A DNA stretch of 64,000 nucleotides from a phage. The position numbers were made by a program, and so were the translations under genes. The notes beneath the pieces are model-generated. The model was not told where the DNA came from, made no database searches, and saw nothing but the letters and a program-made list of their open reading frames with translations. The DNA is taken from sequence record PZ168832.1; one strand, given 5' to 3'. This document shows, one piece after another, positions 57,204 to 64,000 of the stretch (position 1 is the stretch's first letter; each line of letters begins with the position of its first letter).

Positions 57204-60087
57204 CTGGATACACCTGTTTGATCACGTCAACGATGAACATGTCAATGCCTTCAAGCTTACGACCTTTCATCAGGAAGAATGCGCCGTTCCCGACGTTTTC
57301 AGCAATGTACTTCCCGTACTTCTGGAACTTCTCTGGACGAATCCTGAAGCGCATTGGCGAGTCGGTCGAGTCGTCTTTGCACATAAGGTCGATGAACTGA
57401 GTCTCAAGCTTGTTCCCGTACTGGTCAAACTCTGCGTAGCGGCCATCAGCTTGAAGACCCTTTTTAAGCTTTCCGTACTTTGTATAAATGCCGCGCTCAA
57501 GACGTTTGCGGATGCGTGTTGCTTCGTTCTCGTCTGCAAGCACTTTCTTTGTCAACTTGCCGATTACTATTGCGCGCTCGTCATCACCGACTTCCTTCAT
57601 CTGGCGTATTGAAGCGCCGGACGTCACGCCAATAAGATAAGGGTCATTATACGCCCAGCCAAACTTTGTGTGCATCTCTGTAAGGTCGCCGTATTTGACT
57701 TCAGCATTGGCCAATGCATCCTTTTGCTTTTGCGTTAAGGTTCCGGCTTCACGTGCTTCGATATACTTCATCGCCTTCACCATTCCGTACCCTTTCGCGT
57801 TCATGATGCCGCCGATTAGCTTTCCGTTCGCGATGGTCCAGTTCATTGAAGAGTGATCAGGGTCGATTGGCACATAATCCACGCCTTCCTTCGCAAGTTC
57901 ACGTAATATCGCAATCGTCTGGTCTTCATCCTTGGCAGCGCGTAAGCAGGCAGCGGCAAATTCCAACGGGTAGTGTCGCTTAAGCCACAAGGTCCAGTAG
58001 GTCACGACCGCGTATGACACGGAGTGTGATTTGTTAAAGCCCCATGACCCGAACGTAGCCATCGCTTGCCAAAGCTTTCTTGCATCCGCTTCCGGTACGC
58101 CGTTATTGATTGCGCCTGCAACAAAGTCCTCGCCAAGCTTGTTAAAGTATTCTTCACCCTTACGGCCTGACATCGCCTTACGGACAGCGGACGTTTTCGC
58201 CCAGTCAAATGAACCAATCTCTTTAACCACGGCCATGATTTGCTCTTGGTAAAGAAACACGCCGTAAGTCTCTTTTAAGTACGGCTCAAGCTGCGGCACG
58301 TCGTATTCAATCGGCGCACGCCCTGCCGCGCGTTCAATGTATTTCTGGGCCATACCGGATGACAACGGGCCAGGTCGACCCAAAGCCGTCAGGTTGTCGA
58401 TTTTGTTAAAGTTATCGACGTGCACAAAGTTTGTTACTGAGCGTACAGCGTCGCCTTCAAACTGGAAGATGCCTGACATCTTGTTTTCGTTAAGAATGTC
58501 AAGGACGCTTTGATCATCAAGCTTGATGCCGTAGAGCGTTTCAGCATCAATAACGCCTGTATCAGAAATAATGCCGAGAGTACGAAGGCCCAGCGCATCA
58601 AGCTTCAAAAGGTTAAGGTATTCGCTGTCAGGCTTATCGATTTGTGCAATCCCTTCTGCAGTTACAGTACAGTAATCAGAGATTGGGTCATTACACACAA
58701 TGATTCCCGCTGCGTGAACACCTGTGTGGGACGGGTGAATCTCAAGGTCACCCATGCAACGCGCGGCGTCAGGATATTTCGCCACGAACTCTTGGCCCGT
58801 GGTCGTTGTTGCAAAGGTATCCTCCAGGCCGTGACCATAACGGGCGTCACCGGATGAGTATTCAAGCAGTGCGTTTTTAATGTTGGCCGTTTCGTGGTAT
58901 CCAATGTTGAACTTCTTACCAACCTGCGCCATTACTGAGTTGGCCTTAAGCGTGTTGATGTTGCCAAGCTTTGCAACGTTCATTTCGCCGTATTTCTCTT
59001 TAAGGTAATCAAACACCATGTAGCGTTTGGTATCTTCAAAGTCGATGTCGATGTCAGGAAGGTCGGCGCGGCTTACGTCGATGAATCGGGCAAACAGCAG
59101 CTTATACGGGATTGGGTCCACTTCCGTGATGCCGAGGCAATAGCAAACAAGTGAACCAGCCGATGAGCCGCGAGCAGGACCGACGAGCATTTTTGTTTTT
59201 GCGAATCGTACAAGGTCCGCTACTACCAGAAAGTATGAGTCGAAATCTTTCAGCTGAATCTGGTGAATTTCTTCGTTGAAGCGGTCCTCATATTCCTGAG
59301 TCCATTCTTTGATGTGACCTGCTTTGAGACGGTACTCCATCCCCTCACGCGCAAGCTTTACCATATCACCAGCAAGGTGAATAATCGGTGCCTTGCGTAA
59401 TTTCAGGTCAAGTCCGACTATGCCGTTTGCTATGTCAACAGCATTGGCCGTTGCCTGATTCAGCTCATCTTCCGTCAAGATGCCTTTAAGCTGTTTGCGC
59501 AAGTCTTCCGCGTCAACGATGCAGTGCGGCTTGACCGTGTCGCGCACTTCCCAAGCATAAGCAAAGTCAACGTGCTCAGGTGAAGGCATGTGGTTGTATC
59601 CGGTTAAAACCAGCGGCCTTCCACCGCTACGATGAGCCAATGCCTGGCGCTTTGCCAAAAGGAACGATGATGGGTTGACGTCTATATAGTCGTAGTCCTC
59701 TGGCCGCAGCAACTCCACGGCACCGCCACAGAATTTAACGACGCCATCGAGCGCACCGAACTCTGCACGGGTAAGCCCACCGCGCTGCGTTGAAAGTGTT
59801 GTCGCGTTGTAAAAAGATTTTAAGTCAAGGGCCAATATCCAAGCCTTCGGTTTGAATCCCTTTTTAGGGTCCGCATCAGGGTCGATGATTGGAATCTCCA
59901 TCCCAAACATAGGCTTAATATCATTTTTCTGGCATTCCTTTTCCCAGCGAACGTGACCCCATGTGTTGTTATCAACTAATGCCGCGACTTCGCAGCCCAA
60001 CTCTTTGAGCCGTGCTATAATTTCAGGATGCCGTCCATAAACTTCTTTGAACGTGTAACCGCTGCAAACTCTCAATTGTGGAAACAT
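57190..60087 (-). CDS. DNA polymerase III alpha subunit-like (DnaE-type) replicative polymerase
   Basis: 965 aa; N-terminal PHP-like region; GPARGSSAGSLVCYCLGITEVDPI...DIDIDFE matches the DnaE palm motif. Confidence 0.85.
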   Translation of the reverse strand: MFPQLRVCSGYTFKEVYGRHPEIIARLKELGCEVAALVDNNTWGHVRWEKECQKNDIKPMFGMEIPIIDPDADPKKGFKPKAWILALDLKSFYNATTLSTQRGGLTRAEFGALDGVVKFCGGAVELLRPEDYDYIDVNPSSFLLAKRQALAHRSGGRPLVLTGYNHMPSPEHVDFAYAWEVRDTVKPHCIVDAEDLRKQLKGILTEDELNQATANAVDIANGIVGLDLKLRKAPIIHLAGDMVKLAREGMEYRLKAGHIKEWTQEYEDRFNEEIHQIQLKDFDSYFLVVADLVRFAKTKMLVGPARGSSAGSLVCYCLGITEVDPIPYKLLFARFIDVSRADLPDIDIDFEDTKRYMVFDYLKEKYGEMNVAKLGNINTLKANSVMAQVGKKFNIGYHETANIKNALLEYSSGDARYGHGLEDTFATTTTGQEFVAKYPDAARCMGDLEIHPSHTGVHAAGIIVCNDPISDYCTVTAEGIAQIDKPDSEYLNLLKLDALGLRTLGIISDTGVIDAETLYGIKLDDQSVLDILNENKMSGIFQFEGDAVRSVTNFVHVDNFNKIDNLTALGRPGPLSSGMAQKYIERAAGRAPIEYDVPQLEPYLKETYGVFLYQEQIMAVVKEIGSFDWAKTSAVRKAMSGRKGEEYFNKLGEDFVAGAINNGVPEADARKLWQAMATFGSWGFNKSHSVSYAVVTYWTLWLKRHYPLEFAAACLRAAKDEDQTIAILRELAKEGVDYVPIDPDHSSMNWTIANGKLIGGIMNAKGYGMVKAMKYIEAREAGTLTQKQKDALANAEVKYGDLTEMHTKFGWAYNDPYLIGVTSGASIRQMKEVGDDERAIVIGKLTKKVLADENEATRIRKRLERGIYTKYGKLKKGLQADGRYAEFDQYGNKLETQFIDLMCKDDSTDSPMRFRIRPEKFQKYGKYIAENVGNGAFFLMKGRKLEGIDMFIVDVIKQVYPDGNK

Positions 60088-60629
60088 TATTTACTCCAGA
60101 TGTCATATATGCCAATTTGTTGGCAGACTTTGTGCAGTAATATTACGTCGTCTAATGCACGGTGTTTCTGTTCATATTTTCCGAAATATAATTCATACAG
60201 CTCTTGAAGCTTAACTCTTCGGCCAAAAATAGGCAAGGTTTGCTCAACTGTACAAATGTTTATTTCTGGAAAATTAACATCATCAAGCGTAAGTCCTTCG
60301 CGCTGTAGTGCATAATCAAGAATGTTTTTATCGAACGCATGGTTGTGCGCGATAGTGGCATCCGTCTTCTTGAAGATTTCTTTTAGCTGCGGGACAAAAT
60401 TGATGAATGGTGGATTGCACTCAAGGTCTTCATTTGTTAATCCGGTAATCTTTGTGATAATTTCTTCAATCACGATTTCAGGATTAATTATGAATTCAAA
60501 CGTTTCAAGAATCTCTTTGCCGTCTGTCAACAGACCTGCAAATTCAATAGGGCGCGGCTGCATCCCAAGCGGCGCTTTCGGGTGCACGGTCAATCCGGTT
60601 GTTTCGAAGTCATAAGGGAGAAATAACAC
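60087..60629 (-). CDS. DnaQ-like 3'-5' proofreading exonuclease
   Basis: 180 aa; Exo I YDFETTGL, Exo II HNHAFDKNIL, Exo III HRALDDV. Confidence 0.85.
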   Translation of the reverse strand: MLFLPYDFETTGLTVHPKAPLGMQPRPIEFAGLLTDGKEILETFEFIINPEIVIEEIITKITGLTNEDLECNPPFINFVPQLKEIFKKTDATIAHNHAFDKNILDYALQREGLTLDDVNFPEINICTVEQTLPIFGRRVKLQELYELYFGKYEQKHRALDDVILLHKVCQQIGIYDIWSK

Positions 60630-60683
60630 ATTAGCCTCCTACAAAAAGGCCGCCCATTAGGACGGCCACAGATTCACGATTTG

Positions 60684-61235
60684 TTATACAGTGTACGGAG
60701 TACCGTCTTGATTCAACCGCACGATGAATTTAAGGTCGACACCGATGATTTCACGAGTATCAAAGATTACATAGTTGTAACGACGCTGACCAGCAATGTT
60801 TGGGTTGGTGTGAGAGTCGGTCACAACTTCCTGCGCAACCTGAATGCCTTCTTCTTTAAAGAACTTGCGCCATTCAGCAAGTTCAGCGGCAGTCACGTGC
60901 ATACCAAGATGGCTAACCTGATTGTCGTGCGCATCGATGTATTCGATGTTTTCGTGAATCCAGTTGCAACCTTTTGTATAGTCAAGAATTTCAAGCTCAA
61001 GAGGCTTACCAGCGCCGCCATCGGTGCCGTTGCCAGCCTGATAGTTGAAGCGCAAGTCAGCTTCGTTGGTGCAATCGCCGCGCTGACCCTTAAAGACATC
61101 AGCTTCAAATACGCGACCAGTAGCAACAACGTGATCATGGAACCATTCTGTCAGGCCGATTTTAGCCAGGAAATTCTGTGCGCGCTGAGCACCTGGAATT
61201 GACAGGGCGATTTGTTCAATTTTAAAATGTGGCAT
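60684..61235 (-). CDS. hypothetical protein (183 aa)
   Basis: ORF track; no confident family assignment; hairpin plus T-run on minus sense lies between it and dnaQ-like gene. Confidence 0.4.
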   Translation of the reverse strand: MPHFKIEQIALSIPGAQRAQNFLAKIGLTEWFHDHVVATGRVFEADVFKGQRGDCTNEADLRFNYQAGNGTDGGAGKPLELEILDYTKGCNWIHENIEYIDAHDNQVSHLGMHVTAAELAEWRKFFKEEGIQVAQEVVTDSHTNPNIAGQRRYNYVIFDTREIIGVDLKFIVRLNQDGTPYTV

Positions 61236-61331
61236 TTTGTTTCCTTAATTAAATATTATTGATTAATTACTTTGTTGTCTTCGTCCTGTTTCTTTTCAGG
61301 AGCGGGTGTGACAACCTCAAATTTTCGTGAT

Positions 61332-62015
61332 TTATTTACCGAATGGAATATCAGTACCAGACATAAAGCGCCATGCGCCCGTAATTAAGATATGGCGAAT
61401 GAAGTCAGCAATTACTTGCGGCTCAGTCTCCAATCCATTCATCAGTGCCTTTTTCTGGTATTCAGCAGCGTATTCAGGAGTCCAGCCGCGAGTCGCGCAA
61501 ACAGCATCTTCAATCTGTTTGGACATGCCAGTACCACGTAGCTTGTTAGGACTAATAGAGAATACCGTGATCCCGTATTTAGGCGTAAGCTCGTGAGCCA
61601 TCTGCTTGCTAATCATGAGCGCAGCAGCCTTGGAAGCATTATAACACAAGCTGGACGTCATAGGAATATGCGCAGCGTTGGAAACGATGTTGATCACAAA
61701 ACCTTTGTTGTCAATAAGACTTTTCAGCGCGGCCTGAGTCGTGTTGACGAAAGAGAAGGCGTTGGTGTGCATAACGCGATTGAACTCTTCGTAGTTAACA
61801 TCTTCGAACCAGTTGTTGGAGTTGACGCCAGCGCAGTTGATCAAGCCTTCTACGTCGTATTGAGAGAGAAGCTCTTTCATCTGTTTCGCGTTACGGATGT
61901 CATAGCCGTTCTCCAAATCAATACCGACAACTTCATGACCGTAAGCGCCAAGGGTGTCAAAAATGGATTTACCAAGACCGGAATTGCAGCCAGTTACAAC
62001 AATTACTTTTTTCAT
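61332..62015 (-). CDS. short-chain dehydrogenase/reductase (SDR) family oxidoreductase
   Basis: 227 aa; VTGCNSGLG Rossmann motif and YNASKAA catalytic Y-x-x-x-K. Confidence 0.75.
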   Translation of the reverse strand: MKKVIVVTGCNSGLGKSIFDTLGAYGHEVVGIDLENGYDIRNAKQMKELLSQYDVEGLINCAGVNSNNWFEDVNYEEFNRVMHTNAFSFVNTTQAALKSLIDNKGFVINIVSNAAHIPMTSSLCYNASKAAALMISKQMAHELTPKYGITVFSISPNKLRGTGMSKQIEDAVCATRGWTPEYAAEYQKKALMNGLETEPQVIADFIRHILITGAWRFMSGTDIPFGK

Positions 62016-62038
62016 TTATTTATCCTTTTTGGACTTCG

Positions 62039-62072
62039 TTTCGATGAGATAAATATAACTCATCGAAACGCA
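62039..62072. promoter_or_regulatory. perfect 12-bp inverted repeat (cgtttcgatgag ... ctcatcgaaacg) with 10-bp AT-rich spacer
   Basis: Read directly in the intergenic gap between the HAD and SDR genes. Confidence 0.3.
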
Positions 62073-62080
62073 CAAGTAAA

Positions 62081-62953
62081 CTATTTATTGAAATTAATAT
62101 TATGGGTGTTAACAAGACGTTCACACATGGCGCTGTAAACACCATCATCGTGTATAGAGTCTTCGTGCTTCAGGCCGCTGATTGCGAAGCGTGTAAGCTT
62201 GACAATCTTAAGCTCGAACAGATGCCACATGTGGTAGTCTTCCGGCGTTTTCAACGTCACGCCATTAGGGAAAAGCACTTGCATAACCTGACCTACCATC
62301 ACAGCGTTATCGCCATAGACAGCGTTGCGCTCACGGAAGGTTGCTGCCATTGCATCAAGAATATCAGCGGCAGTTGCCGGAGATTGTCCAACTTCCACAG
62401 CCTTAGTCTCTTCTTGCCCTGTTGCGCTTGGATCAATTGCTAATTGTTGCACCACTTCACCTGCCTTGCAAAGATTAAATGTAAAAGCGATTTTATTTTG
62501 AGCAACGGAATTATAATACAATGCTTCATCTTGCATCCGCGCGAGTACGTCTTGTCGGTCGTCGAATACATTGATGATTCGATAATCGCCGTGCCGCAAA
62601 GCGTGCGATAGCCATGCAGATTTCATAATAGTTGATGGACGTTTGTCGCCATAGTCTCTCATCTTGATTGTAAATTCATCAAAAGGAAAAACATTGTCCA
62701 GACGTTCAAAAGTCACTTGTCTGTATTTTTCTGGCCTTGCAGTCCAATATTCAACCGCCTCACCGCGAAGAGATGCCGACTCTACTGCTGATGCAATGTG
62801 AGGATAGAACTGATCATAACCAATACCGCTGTGATAATCATCATAGTCTGACAACGGACCTGCCACCTTAATGCGGTCTAAGCGCCAACGATCATCAAAC
62901 AGCGTTCCGTCAAGGTCGAATACGTTTAAGATTTCGCTGTTTTTAATGCTCAT
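62081..62953 (-). CDS. HAD-superfamily phosphatase (possible nucleotidase) with extra C-terminal domain
   Basis: 290 aa; motif I VFDLDGTL. Confidence 0.55.
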   Translation of the reverse strand: MSIKNSEILNVFDLDGTLFDDRWRLDRIKVAGPLSDYDDYHSGIGYDQFYPHIASAVESASLRGEAVEYWTARPEKYRQVTFERLDNVFPFDEFTIKMRDYGDKRPSTIMKSAWLSHALRHGDYRIINVFDDRQDVLARMQDEALYYNSVAQNKIAFTFNLCKAGEVVQQLAIDPSATGQEETKAVEVGQSPATAADILDAMAATFRERNAVYGDNAVMVGQVMQVLFPNGVTLKTPEDYHMWHLFELKIVKLTRFAISGLKHEDSIHDDGVYSAMCERLVNTHNINFNK

Positions 62954-63753
62954 CCTTTTGATACTCCATCTTTAGCAACTGGATTGTTGGTGATTGGCAT
63001 CGCATTCCAAAACTGGATGCGCAACTCTTCTTGCTGTGCCGTAGTATCCATCCAATCACGATACCAAGGGCAATGGGCTTTTCCATGACGAGGAAACGCG
63101 CATTTACCCATACCGATGCATTGCGGCTGTAATAATGGATTTGCCCACGGGTGCACCTTGAGGACTTCCGCAACCATTGCGCGGAATACTTCTTGATACT
63201 CGCCTTGAGTGCGCGTGCACAAGCGGTTTGACGCCATCTGCTGCAGCGTGCGCAAGTTGAACTTTGCCATGATATGCGTTTGCATATTAGAAGGCAACAC
63301 GGCACGTGCATCTTGAATCTCTGCGCCAGCCGCGCGAAGCTCTTGGTAGAGGGCGTCAATCGTGGCCATCGCATCATCCCATTTCTCTGCCAGTTCAGCG
63401 GCCTTCTCGTCATGACGAGTCCATCCCTTTGGATCATCCTCTGGGTAAGTGAATTTAGCAGGACGAATCGCATCAAATGCAGACGACTCCTGAGCGCGGC
63501 TGGTGCGTTCTTGATATGCACCTGTGCGTGTGCGTACCATCTGATGAGTCATATTCTTTGATACAGCGGTGATGTCAAAGATATAGTCCACAAAGTCAAA
63601 AGGCGACTTGATGGTGTCAAGCATATAGCGCCAATGCTCTTGCTTCTCTGATTCCGTCATCTCAGAGACAGGCTTACCAGTCATGCGCGTGTTCTTTGTT
63701 TCCAGCAAAAGGTCAAGTGCATCTTGGGTGTATCGAATTAATTCAACTTTCAT
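62950..63753 (-). CDS. ThyX-like flavin-dependent thymidylate synthase homologue (divergent)
   Basis: 267 aa; HQMVRTRTGAYQERTSRA resembles the ThyX signature region but with RTR where I recall RHR. Confidence 0.45.
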   Translation of the reverse strand: MKVELIRYTQDALDLLLETKNTRMTGKPVSEMTESEKQEHWRYMLDTIKSPFDFVDYIFDITAVSKNMTHQMVRTRTGAYQERTSRAQESSAFDAIRPAKFTYPEDDPKGWTRHDEKAAELAEKWDDAMATIDALYQELRAAGAEIQDARAVLPSNMQTHIMAKFNLRTLQQMASNRLCTRTQGEYQEVFRAMVAEVLKVHPWANPLLQPQCIGMGKCAFPRHGKAHCPWYRDWMDTTAQQEELRIQFWNAMPITNNPVAKDGVSKG

Positions 63754-63766
63754 TTTAATTATCCTA

Positions 63767-64000
63767 TTAACGGTAATTTACTAGTTGCTGATCACTAGAG
63801 AAGGTGCAATGATAAACGAATTGTGCGTTATAAAGCAACTGAAAACTTTTCTTTGGTTCATTATTAGAACTCATTGATGTAAAGATTTCTGCACCAGAAC
63901 GGTTTTCACCAATCAGGTTAATAAAGCCGCCAGTTGAACGAGGCTGAACGAAAGTGAAACGTTGCATCCACGGAGTGCGGTTGGCACCTTTCCCTGTGAA
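63767..64000 (-). CDS. hypothetical protein, partial (continues beyond window end)
   Basis: Open reading frame on minus strand runs off the window end (...FTGKGANRTPWMQRFTF...). Confidence 0.3.
   Translation of the reverse strand, partial: FTGKGANRTPWMQRFTFVQPRSTGGFINLIGENRSGAEIFTSMSSNNEPKKSFQLLYNAQFVYHCTFSSDQQLVNYR

Noticed and set aside
1-64000. Integrated prophage or lysogeny module
   Set aside because: No integrase, recombinase, repressor or attachment-site-like sequences recognised; gene content reads as a lytic phage.

Overview
This window reads as a 64 kb stretch of a tailed dsDNA phage genome with no integrase or repressor recognised, so it is probably virulent. All calls rest on reading the six-frame translations and the DNA by eye; no searches were run. 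Motif coordinates I derived myself are approximate (within about 2 nt), and CDS coordinates follow the ORF track unless a different start is noted. Layout: (1) 1-763, minus-strand end of an operon with the N-terminal part of a Dda/RecD-like helicase; (2) 0.9-12.4 kb, plus-strand early/replication operon with an AEP-type primase, a VirE-like P-loop NTPase and about 25 tightly packed small ORFs, punctuated by duplicated terminator-promoter cassettes; (3) 12.4-13.3 kb, AT-rich ORF-free region with CCGTATCAT-type iterons (region A), which has a diverged second copy at 28.2-28.7 kb (region B); (4) 13.3-13.8 kb, a terminase-small-subunit-like gene sitting in an array of the 12-mer AATTTGCACTAT; (5) 13.85-16.7 kb, a CpG-enriched, compositionally atypical island with three copies of a promoter-plus-leader cassette driving small acidic proteins, two of them clear paralogues - the best candidate here for an undescribed accessory system, possibly anti-defence; (6) 17.1-22.5 kb, minus-strand cassette with a tail spike/fibre carrying a C-terminal intramolecular chaperone domain plus small membrane proteins; (7) 22.6-28.1 kb, terminase large subunit, a two-gene minus-strand insertion, portal, Mu-F-like head protein; (8) 28.8-49.7 kb, scaffold, capsid, myovirus-type tail (sheath, duplicated tube, tape measure with lytic transglycosylase domain, baseplate, fibres); (9) 49.7-50.3 kb, GH19-type endolysin; (10) 50.3-64 kb, minus-strand replication and nucleotide-metabolism operon (ligase, spanin-like pair, SNF2 helicase, VRR-NUC, DnaE-type polymerase, DnaQ-type exonuclease, SDR, HAD phosphatase, ThyX-like). 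Most antisense or overlapping ORFs in the track are treated as shadow ORFs.
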